Part shown: piece by piece, positions 47,658-55,512 of the stretch
How positions within the stretch are numbered: position 1 is the first letter of the stretch
Layout: the number at the start of each line of letters is the position of its first letter
Assembly: GCA_945865375.1 (NCBI GenBank)
Contig: CAMBEJ010000009.1
Coordinates: forward strand, 479 to 64,478
Length of the DNA stretch: 64,000 nucleotides
Reading direction: 5' to 3'
From: Akkermansia muciniphila
Lineage (GTDB): Bacteria; Verrucomicrobiota; Verrucomicrobiia; Limisphaerales; F1-80-MAGS106
Position numbers and translations under genes: made by a program
The notes under the pieces: model-generated
Told to the model about the DNA's origin: nothing
The model's input: the letters and a program-made list of their open reading frames with translations, nothing else
The model's database searches: none

Positions 47658-48128
47658 ATGAAGCTGAATCGTATTCCATGGTTCCCGGCCTTCGTGGTTG
47701 TGGGAGTCCTCATCAGGTCCGCCTTCGCCGCAGAGGAAAAGGAAACCGCGAAACCCAGTGACAAAACGGCAGCCGGCGAATCCGCCACCAAACCCAAGAC
47801 CCGTATTCAGGAGATGTCCGAAGAGTTGAAGCTGAGCGACGACCAGAGGACCAAGCTCCGTCCCATCTTTCAGGAAGAGGCCAAGAAGCTGCGTGAGATC
47901 CGGCAAGACACTTCCCTTGAAAAAGACCAAAGAGCGGTGAAGATCAAGGCAATCCGCACTGATTACTCCGGGAAGATCAAGCAGATCCTGACTGCGGACC
48001 AAAACACAACCTGCGAGAAAAGCCGTGCTGATCGCGCCGGGCGACCCCAGGGCAAGGGAGGGGATGCAAACCGCCCAAAGAGGCATCGCGACGGCAAGGG
48101 GGGCGCGAAGAAATCGGCGAAAGAATAA
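47658..48128 (+). CDS. Small periplasmic protein, Spy/CpxP-like (LTxxQ-type repeats), basic C-terminus
   Basis: Signal peptide MKLNRIPWFPAFVVVGVLIRSAFA. LKLSDDQRTKLRPIFQEE and ILTADQ repeats. Confidence 0.4.
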   Translation: MKLNRIPWFPAFVVVGVLIRSAFAAEEKETAKPSDKTAAGESATKPKTRIQEMSEELKLSDDQRTKLRPIFQEEAKKLREIRQDTSLEKDQRAVKIKAIRTDYSGKIKQILTADQNTTCEKSRADRAGRPQGKGGDANRPKRHRDGKGGAKKSAKE

Positions 48129-48181
48129 CGGCCTGAAATCGGCGAAGAACGCGGTTTTTTGAGGACAACCCTCGCTGTGCG

Positions 48182-48242
48182 GCGCATGCCGAAGTTATCG
48201 CTTGCGGAGCATGACCTGAGACAGACTCGCTGTGACGCTTCT
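48182..48242 (+). repeat. 61-nt conserved segment, copy 2; here it opens a 44-codon ORF (48186-48320)
   Basis: See 25050-25110. In this copy the ATG at 48186 gives MPKLSLAEHDLRQTRCDAS...TTWG*. Confidence 0.7.
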
Positions 48243-48345
48243 AAAGTCGCACCGGCGGCCAGTCGCCGTCTCCGGCAGAATCGGGACGGCTCTGCCACTT
48301 TAACGACAACCTGGGGATGAACGGCTCGCTCTGGTCGCCTCAAGC

Positions 48346-48579
48346 TCTGAACTCAGTAAAACGACCCTGTTTAGCCTGATCCTCGAGCAACTCCAATTCC
48401 CTGCTCCTAATCGTAATCGTAATCGTAATCGTAATCGTAATCCTAATCGTAATCCACCCCTCTGTTTCAAGGGCAACACACGAGGATTACGATTACGATT
48501 ACGATTACGATTAGGAAAAACGGAGGAATTGGGGTTGCGCGCCCAGATCACGATTTCAACCGGTTTTACTGAGGTCTGA
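48346..48579 (-). mobile_element. Foldback MITE-like element, copy D (inverted orientation, longest arms)
   Basis: tctgaactcagtaaaac (48346-48362) ... gttttactgaggtctga (48563-48579). The first arm has 8 hexamer units (6 perfect cgtaat). The other arm has (attacg)x4 plus attagg. Confidence 0.8.
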
Positions 48580-48624
48580 AGCTCGGCTCTTGTGGATCGT
48601 TGCCATTCAGTCTTACAGTCGCGA

Positions 48625-49743
48625 ATGCATTTCGGGTCCCTCGAGTTGGAATCGAATCTTTTCCTGTCGCCGCTCGCGGGGTACACCAACCTCCCGTTCC
48701 GCCTTGCTGTCCGCGAACTAGGGGGGCTTCACCTCGCAACCACCGACCTGGTCAACGCGCGCTCGTTGGTTGAAAAAAACCCCAAAGCGCTGAAGCTCAT
48801 CGAGTCGTGTCCTCTGGACAAGCCCCTTGCGGTGCAGCTCTTTGGATCGGTCCCAGAAGAAATGCGCGATGCGGCGCTTTACCTTGAATCAGTCGGGGTT
48901 TCGTCCGTGGACATCAACATGGGTTGCCCTGTGCGAAAGGTTTGCCGAGTGGGGGGCGGGTCGGCCATGATGACCGAGCACGATAAAACGGCACGCCTTG
49001 TGAGCGGCATGGTGAACGCGTTGAAAATTCCCGTGACCGCCAAGATGCGTTTGGGATGGGACGACTCCAACATGACAGCACCCGATCTAGCGCACGCTCT
49101 GGAGGATGTGGGGATTGCGGCGATTTTTGTGCATGGACGCACTCGCGAACAAGGCTTCAGCGGAACCGTCAACCTGGGCGGGATCAGATCCGTTGTGGCC
49201 GCTGTCACCCGTGTCCCAGTCATCGGCAACGGCGATGTCACCACGCCAGAAGCGGCGAAGACCATGCTCACGGAAACAGGATGCGCCGGGGTGAGCATCG
49301 GTCGCGGCGCGTTCTACAATCCCTGGATTTTCAACCATACCCGTTCTTATCTCGATACGGGAATAGTGCCTGCCGAACCACCGTTCATCGAGCGGATCCG
49401 TGTCATGTGCCGGCATTTGGACTTGATGGTCGAAGTTTTCGGAGAAACTCACGGGTGCAGGATGTTTCGAAAAGTTGCCCCGTGGTATGCCAAGCGCTTT
49501 GGGCCGGCGAACCTTTTCAACAAAGCCGTGGTCCTCGTTTCGAGCCGGGCCGAATTTCATGATGTGCTGGAACGTTACTTGCGCTGGCGCGAGCAGTTTC
49601 TGGACGGCAACGGCGAACTGAAACTCCAGTACCAACCGCCGCCCATGGTGGCGTCGTTCATGCAGACTGCCCAAACCGATGCGCCAGCAGCCACACTTCG
49701 GGATCGAGTTCCGGTTCCAAAGGGGCCCGTGGATCTTTGGTAG
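48625..49743 (+). CDS. dusB: tRNA-dihydrouridine synthase
   Basis: LSPLAGYTNLPFR, VDINMGCPVRKV (catalytic Cys), TAKMRLGWD, FVHGRTREQ. Confidence 0.8.
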   Translation: MHFGSLELESNLFLSPLAGYTNLPFRLAVRELGGLHLATTDLVNARSLVEKNPKALKLIESCPLDKPLAVQLFGSVPEEMRDAALYLESVGVSSVDINMGCPVRKVCRVGGGSAMMTEHDKTARLVSGMVNALKIPVTAKMRLGWDDSNMTAPDLAHALEDVGIAAIFVHGRTREQGFSGTVNLGGIRSVVAAVTRVPVIGNGDVTTPEAAKTMLTETGCAGVSIGRGAFYNPWIFNHTRSYLDTGIVPAEPPFIERIRVMCRHLDLMVEVFGETHGCRMFRKVAPWYAKRFGPANLFNKAVVLVSSRAEFHDVLERYLRWREQFLDGNGELKLQYQPPPMVASFMQTAQTDAPAATLRDRVPVPKGPVDLW

Positions 49744-49794
49744 AGAGACGCTTTCCGCATTGCCACGAACTCTCGAGGTGTCTAAAAATAAGGC

Positions 49795-50094
49795 ATGTTT
49801 TCACACGTTGTTATCTTTTGGACGGACCCGGCAAACCTGCATGCCACGGACGAATTGATCGCCGGTGCCGAAAAATACTTGCGTCCCATCCCCGGGATCT
49901 TGCAGTTTCACATAGGTAAAATGGTCGGAAGTCATCGTCCCGTCGTCGAGCAAACCTACCAGGTGGCGCTCAATGTCATTTTCCATGACAAAAAAGCGCA
50001 GGATGACTACCAGGTGCATCCCTTGCATCTGGAGTTCGTGGAAAAAGTGCTCAAGCCAACCAAGAAACACGTGGTGGTTTACGATTTCGAATGA
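49795..50094 (+). CDS. Dabb (stress-responsive alpha/beta-barrel) family protein
   Basis: 99 aa. MFSHVVIFW..., HPLHLEFVE. Confidence 0.7.
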   Translation: MFSHVVIFWTDPANLHATDELIAGAEKYLRPIPGILQFHIGKMVGSHRPVVEQTYQVALNVIFHDKKAQDDYQVHPLHLEFVEKVLKPTKKHVVVYDFE

Positions 50095-50118
50095 CGTTGT
50101 CGGCCACCCCAGATCGAT

Positions 50119-52143
50119 TCAAGGAAGCGGGACTGCCCGATAGAATTTGATGGGTGAGGCCTGGGTTGTGGAGTCGATGAATTCGGCGAACGGTGCCGTT
50201 TCCTCGAAAGGCGGAAGAACAATGAGTGCCCGCCATCGCATGAGATCTGCGGATGATTGGAGGGCGTATTTCACGCCGGTCTCACCCGTGACTCGAAGCT
50301 TGAACTGCCGGTCGGGGAGGAACGTGCCTGTGACAAATCGATTCAAAAGAGTGAGCAAAACCGGCTCGCTCATCACCTCGCCCAGACGATTGGACACCCG
50401 GACCTGATAGGGTCCCGACATCAGGGCCAGCACGTTGCTCAGTCTCAGTTCGGCCGCGTTCGCTCCCACGAGGTTGGTGCCGAACAACTGCCATTGGTAA
50501 GTCAAAGGCGCGGTGCCCGAGGCGCCGACCCGAAACACCGCCGCACCACCGATCCCGACCGCCAGCGACTTCGGAGGCAGGGTTATGGACGGCGGGACAT
50601 TGACCGTCAGCCTGGCCACTGAACTGGTGGCGCGACCTGCTTCATTGGCGACCACCACATCATACTTCCCGGCCATCTGGTCTGTGATCTTGACAAGATT
50701 CAAGATAGCGTTCGTGGCACTCAGCAGATTTGTGCTGTTCAGGCGCCATTGATAGCGGATAGGAGAAGAGCCGGCTGCGACGACCGCGAAGCGCGCATTG
50801 GATTGGGCGTCCACGGTCTGATCACCTGGCTGCGTGGTGATGGAGGGAAGGATGAGAACAGCAAGGACGGCGTTTGAACTGGTGCTAGGTCCCCCACGGT
50901 TGGCCACCTGCGCGCTGTACATGCCAGACTGGCTGAGTTGAAGATTCTCCAGGACCAGAGAGTTTGCGTTGGCTCCTGGAAGTGGAACCCCGTTGAACCG
51001 CCACTGAACGGAGGCAGCCGAGGCACTCGTGAAAGCAATGCTGAGGGTCACGCTCGAACCGACGGCGACACTTTGGGATTTCGGTTGCTGCGTGAAGATT
51101 GCGGGCGGCTGGTAAGGACTCGACAAATCTGGGACGCTATCATTGTCCGAGTCATTGAGGTCCGTGACCTCCACGAAATGAGTTGCATAATCCACCCACG
51201 AAGTGACCAGGTCGCCGTCGCCAAGGACCAAGCTGCCGATATACCGGTTCCCAGTCCGGTTCAACACCATGCCTCCGACCTGGATGTTTTGCCCAATCGC
51301 ATTGGTCAAACTCATTGGGTTCACCGCCACCTGGTTTGCGGTTCTCACGGAAAAATCGGTGACGCCTGAGAATCCGTTCGCCGTGCCGTCGGGTCTTGTC
51401 AAGACCAGATCAAGGCTTGTCCTGCCTGAAGTCCCATCTCGTTGGAAGCGCATGGCACCTTGCAGGCTCACCATCGAAAACGCTCCTGCGAACACCACTC
51501 TTCCCGCCGAGGCGCTGTTCAAAGTGAGGCTGTATGTGCCTCGATGCTGACCGGGTTCGCGCGTCATCACCCCTCCAACAGAAAAGGCGGCGGCTGCCGG
51601 ATTGTCCGGGGCAGCCTGTCCGTTGAACGCTCCTGTCCCAGCAAATCGTCGCTGCAGCAAATCCGGAATCCCATCCTGATTGCTGTCCGCAAGCTGCAAA
51701 GTCAGTCTGAGGGTCCCATATTCGACAATTCCAGCGGATGAAAAAACAACATAGTCCGTCACGAAAGGGGAGGCGTTTCCAGGAAAATACTCCAACTCAC
51801 GGCTGAAGTAAGGGTTGCCACCAATGTTTTGCGCCAAGGGGAACCGGTTCAAACCATCCGGTGTCGTAAAATAGATCGACAGATTTCCCTGAAGAGCGCT
51901 CCGCCCTGAGCCCTCCCCCAAGGCCAGAGAAGAGGCCCCTGACTCGAAGGTGGCGGCACGGGGAAATTCCTGAGCACCCAGGCTCCACTCGACGCTTCCT
52001 CGAAGCCCCCAAAAAGCCGCCATGAGCATCCACAGACAAATGAACCGCGCTCCGTCTTGACAATTCAGTGATGCGGTCGCACGCCGGGAGGTGTTGGCGC
52101 GAGCTACCACCACGCCCGTAGTATCGAAAATGTTGCACAGCAT
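50119..52143 (-). CDS. Secreted Ig-like repeat protein with a conserved C-terminal S-x-DL-x-x-W...FYRA domain
   Basis: Three I-set-like repeats (PxIxxQPxxQxV..G..V.L......S....YQWxLNGxxL.GA....L.L.......G.Y.V.V.N..G...S..A.L.V). Hydrophobic N-terminal segment. C-terminus ...YALQSSADLMRWRAL...IKFYRAVPLP. Start uncertain. Confidence 0.55.
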   Translation of the reverse strand: MLCNIFDTTGVVVARANTSRRATASLNCQDGARFICLWMLMAAFWGLRGSVEWSLGAQEFPRAATFESGASSLALGEGSGRSALQGNLSIYFTTPDGLNRFPLAQNIGGNPYFSRELEYFPGNASPFVTDYVVFSSAGIVEYGTLRLTLQLADSNQDGIPDLLQRRFAGTGAFNGQAAPDNPAAAAFSVGGVMTREPGQHRGTYSLTLNSASAGRVVFAGAFSMVSLQGAMRFQRDGTSGRTSLDLVLTRPDGTANGFSGVTDFSVRTANQVAVNPMSLTNAIGQNIQVGGMVLNRTGNRYIGSLVLGDGDLVTSWVDYATHFVEVTDLNDSDNDSVPDLSSPYQPPAIFTQQPKSQSVAVGSSVTLSIAFTSASAASVQWRFNGVPLPGANANSLVLENLQLSQSGMYSAQVANRGGPSTSSNAVLAVLILPSITTQPGDQTVDAQSNARFAVVAAGSSPIRYQWRLNSTNLLSATNAILNLVKITDQMAGKYDVVVANEAGRATSSVARLTVNVPPSITLPPKSLAVGIGGAAVFRVGASGTAPLTYQWQLFGTNLVGANAAELRLSNVLALMSGPYQVRVSNRLGEVMSEPVLLTLLNRFVTGTFLPDRQFKLRVTGETGVKYALQSSADLMRWRALIVLPPFEETAPFAEFIDSTTQASPIKFYRAVPLP

Positions 52144-52170
52144 TCTTTAAAACGATGGCCCGGTCGTCTG

Positions 52171-52311
52171 GGAATTGTCGAATCCTTTGTTGCCTTGATC
52201 AGCCCGCGCACTTTCGAAACCCACCGCGCAAACCTGATGAGGAAGCTCGATCTGCGATCCCAGACCGATCTCGTACGGTTCGCCATCCGCAAAGGCATCA
52301 TCCAGCCCTGA
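52171..52311 (+). pseudogene. Remnant of a LuxR/NarL-type response-regulator C-terminal HTH (about 46 codons, no start, no receiver domain)
   Basis: The translation ...ESFVALISPRTFETHRANLMRKLDLRSQTDLVRFAIRKGIIQP* matches the LuxR HTH consensus (IS.kTVE.HR.nlM.KL......LVR.Ai..Gli). It is bounded upstream by the divergent Ig-protein start at 52143. MITE copy E lies 11 nt after the stop. Confidence 0.5.
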
Positions 52312-52321
52312 CCGGATCCCC

Positions 52322-52541
52322 CTGAACTCAGTAAAACGACCCTGCTGAGCCTGATGCTCGAGCAACTCCAATTCCCCGCTCCCAACCGTAATCGTAATCG
52401 TAATCGTAATCCACCCCTCTGTTTCATCAGCAACTCATCGGCAACACCCGTGGATCACGATTACGATTACGATTACGAAAAACGGAGGAATTGAGGTGGC
52501 GCTTGCAGATCACGATTTCAACCGATTTTGCTGAGGTCTGA
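52322..52541 (-). mobile_element. Foldback MITE-like element, copy E (inverted orientation, altered central spacer)
   Basis: ctgaactcagtaaaac ... gattttgctgaggtctga. (cgtaat)x4 and about (attacg)x3. The central spacer carries an extra catcagcaactcatcggc segment. Confidence 0.75.
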
Positions 52542-52625
52542 TCCCTGCTCCCATTGACTTCAGACCTCAGCTCTCCCCGCACCCCTGGCTTGCGCGAAGC
52601 TATTTTCCTTCCTAAGATGTGCGTG

Positions 52626-53735
52626 ATGCGGCTCTTGGACCGTTATCTTTTAAAAGAACTTCTTACCGCCCTGGCATGCTGCCTGGGAGGTTTTCTGATT
52701 TTCTGGATCACCTTCGATCTCTTCTCGGATCTGGACGAATTTCAGAAGGCGCAGCTGCGGCCCCTCCAAGTCGTGCATTACTACCTGCTGCGACTTCCTG
52801 AGCTCCTCTCTGTGGTGCTCCCTGTGTCCTTGTTGCTCGCCACGCTTTACGCACTGACGCATCACACGAGACACCACGAACTCATCGCCATCCGGTCTGC
52901 CGGGGTGGGGGTCTGGCGCATGCTCACGCCCCACCTAGTTGTCGGAGTTGTTTGCAGTCTCCTGCTATTTGCCGCCAATGAGACCGAATTTGCCGAAGGC
53001 ATGTCGGCATCCAAGCAGCAGTTCACCTCCAGGGTCAGGTCGGGACACTCCGGAGAGATGAAGAACATAAACTTCGCGAACGCGCGCGACGGGCGAGTCT
53101 GGCACATCGGCCGTTTTGTGCCCTCTCTCAGAGAGGTGCATGAAGTGGATGTGAAATGGAACATGACCGCCGGAGGGGCCAGGCATCTCACGGCAACCTA
53201 CGGGGTTTGGAAAAAAAACACGTGGGTGTTCACCAACGTGAATGAATTCCTTTACCAGCCGTCCGCGGACGTGATCGCTGAGCCTAGATCTTCCCCTGAG
53301 CTGAGTGTCCCTGAGTTGGCCGAAACACCAGACCAGATCCTCGCGGTCATGAAAGTGGCTGGTCTGACGGGGGATCAGGCAGCGAAAAACGCCCAGCTTT
53401 CCTTGCGTGAGATTGCGAATTACCGGCGCTTCTTTCCCGAGCTCCGAGCCGGTGAACGCGCCCTCCTGGAAACCCAATGGCACGCGCGCCTCGCCTCGCC
53501 GTGGACCTGCTTGGTCGTCGTTTTGGTCGCCATTCCCTTCGCGGCCGCGTCAGGCAGACGGAACGTTTTTGTCGGGGTCGCCAGCAGCATCTTTTTGGTT
53601 TTTAGCTATTTTATTCTCATGCGCTTTGGATTAGCCATGGGCACCTCCGGCATCCTCTCACCGCGTGTGGCCGCCTGGGGTCCGAACATCTTGTTTGGGT
53701 TGTTGGGCTCTATTTTCACACACCGACTCCGATGA
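52626..53735 (+). CDS. LptF/LptG-family (YjgP/YjgQ) permease
   Basis: MRLLDRYLLKELLTALACCLGGFLIFWITFDLFSDLDEF N-terminus, 6-TM layout with a large periplasmic loop. An alternative ATG lies at 52617. Confidence 0.75.
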   Translation: MRLLDRYLLKELLTALACCLGGFLIFWITFDLFSDLDEFQKAQLRPLQVVHYYLLRLPELLSVVLPVSLLLATLYALTHHTRHHELIAIRSAGVGVWRMLTPHLVVGVVCSLLLFAANETEFAEGMSASKQQFTSRVRSGHSGEMKNINFANARDGRVWHIGRFVPSLREVHEVDVKWNMTAGGARHLTATYGVWKKNTWVFTNVNEFLYQPSADVIAEPRSSPELSVPELAETPDQILAVMKVAGLTGDQAAKNAQLSLREIANYRRFFPELRAGERALLETQWHARLASPWTCLVVVLVAIPFAAASGRRNVFVGVASSIFLVFSYFILMRFGLAMGTSGILSPRVAAWGPNILFGLLGSIFTHRLR

Positions 53736-55453
53736 TCTCCGACCGCGAACAACGCCTGGCCTTGCTCTACCAAATGAGCAATGTGATTCACTCCACTCTG
53801 GATCCCCATGAAGCCCTCAATTTGATCATTGGCGAGGCGGTCCGGCTTACCAGGGCGTCCAGCGGCTCCGTCGTGTTGGTCAATCCCGCGACGCAATTTT
53901 TGGAAATACACGCCTCGCGCGGTCTGCCAACCGGCGCTAGGCAGCTCCACCTGAAAGTGGGCGAGGGCATCACGGGCTGGGTGGCCCGCACGGGAAAGCC
54001 GGCCCGGGTCCCGGATGTCTCCAAAGATCCCCGCTACATTCTCCTGAACCCCGCGACGCTCAGCGAGCTCGCGGTTCCTCTGGATGTGCGGGGCGAGATC
54101 CGGGGCGTGATCAACGTGGACAGCAACCAGGTGGATGCCTTCTCTCCTGAGGACCTGGATTTGCTCGAAGAATGTGCGGTGCAAGCCGCCAAAGTTATCC
54201 AGCACACATGGCTCTACGAGCAAGTGCGCCTGAAGGCTCGTCTCTTTGAATCCCTGGTGAATGTGAGCAAGGCGATCAATTCGACTCTCAACCTCACAGA
54301 TGCCCTGTCTGTGATCACGCGCGAGGCATGCACCTTGATGAACGCCCGAATGTCTTCGTTGCTCATGCTCGACGAATCCGGGGATTGGCTGGAGCTCAAA
54401 GCCAGTGCCGGCGCTGGAAAAGCTTACATCGGCAAACCGCCTCTCAGCGTGAGCGAAAGTCTCGTCGGTATCGTGGTGCGCAGAAAGAAGCCGGTCCAGG
54501 TTGAAAATGTGCAGGCTTCAGGCCGCTACCAAAACGTCTCCATCGCGCGCGAAGAGGGGCTCGTTTCGCTGTTGAGCGTGCCCCTCCAGCACGGCGGCGA
54601 TGCGATTGGGGTGCTGAATGTTTACACCGGCGTGCCCCACAATTTCTCCAACGAGGAGACATCGATCCTGTCCGCCCTGGCCACGCTTTCCGCGGTCGCC
54701 CTCCAAAAGGCACGCCTCTACGAACGGGTTGTCGATCTCGAGGAGCAACTGCGGCAGGCGGAAAAACTGTCCGCCCTCGGGTTGCTCGCTGCGGAGGTGG
54801 CGCATGAGATCAGGAACCCTCTAACCGTGATGAAAATGCTTTTCCACTCTCTCAATCTCCAGTTCGCCGCAGACGATCCACGAACCCGGGACGCTGAGAT
54901 CATGGAAAACAAAATGAACCACCTGAACCGGATCGTCGAGCAGGTGCTTGATTTTGCCCGCAGCACGGAGCCGACACCCGCTCCCATCGACCTGAACAAA
55001 TCGATCGACGATCTGAGCTTGCTGGTCCGTCACAAGTTGAAAAACCAGCGCATTGAGTTCGTGCGCGACTTGTGCGTGAACTTGCCTCCGGTGCTTGCCG
55101 ATGCGGTTCAGTTGGAGCAGGTGTTCTTGAATCTGACCCTCAACGCCGCGGAGGCAATGCCAGGCGGTGGAACTCTCACCATCCAAACCCGAGTGGCCAC
55201 AACCGATGTTTCCGACATGGAGCCAGCGGGAAGAAAGGTTGTCCTGGTGAATTTTCGCGACACAGGGCAGGGCATGACGGAAGACCAGTGCCGCAGGGCC
55301 TTCAGTTCATTGCTCAACACAACCAAGTCCCGAGGGACGGGCCTGGGCTTGGCCATTGTGAAGCGCGTGATCGAAACCCATCAAGGCAGCGTCAGCATCG
55401 TCTCCGAGCCAGGCAAGGGCACATCCATCAGCCTCACTCTGCCCATCGCCTGA
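53732..55453 (+). CDS. Cytoplasmic sensor histidine kinase with two GAF domains (GAF-GAF-HisKA-HATPase_c)
   Basis: H-box AAEVAHEIRNPL, N-box LNLTLNAAEAM, G-boxes FRDTGQGM and GTGLGLAIV. 4-bp ATGA overlap with the permease gene. Confidence 0.8.
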   Translation: MISDREQRLALLYQMSNVIHSTLDPHEALNLIIGEAVRLTRASSGSVVLVNPATQFLEIHASRGLPTGARQLHLKVGEGITGWVARTGKPARVPDVSKDPRYILLNPATLSELAVPLDVRGEIRGVINVDSNQVDAFSPEDLDLLEECAVQAAKVIQHTWLYEQVRLKARLFESLVNVSKAINSTLNLTDALSVITREACTLMNARMSSLLMLDESGDWLELKASAGAGKAYIGKPPLSVSESLVGIVVRRKKPVQVENVQASGRYQNVSIAREEGLVSLLSVPLQHGGDAIGVLNVYTGVPHNFSNEETSILSALATLSAVALQKARLYERVVDLEEQLRQAEKLSALGLLAAEVAHEIRNPLTVMKMLFHSLNLQFAADDPRTRDAEIMENKMNHLNRIVEQVLDFARSTEPTPAPIDLNKSIDDLSLLVRHKLKNQRIEFVRDLCVNLPPVLADAVQLEQVFLNLTLNAAEAMPGGGTLTIQTRVATTDVSDMEPAGRKVVLVNFRDTGQGMTEDQCRRAFSSLLNTTKSRGTGLGLAIVKRVIETHQGSVSIVSEPGKGTSISLTLPIA

Positions 55454-55512
55454 CCGTGATCGTCAATGTCAATGCGATGGAGATCCTCAAGGGACGGGAA
55501 AACGATGGAGTC

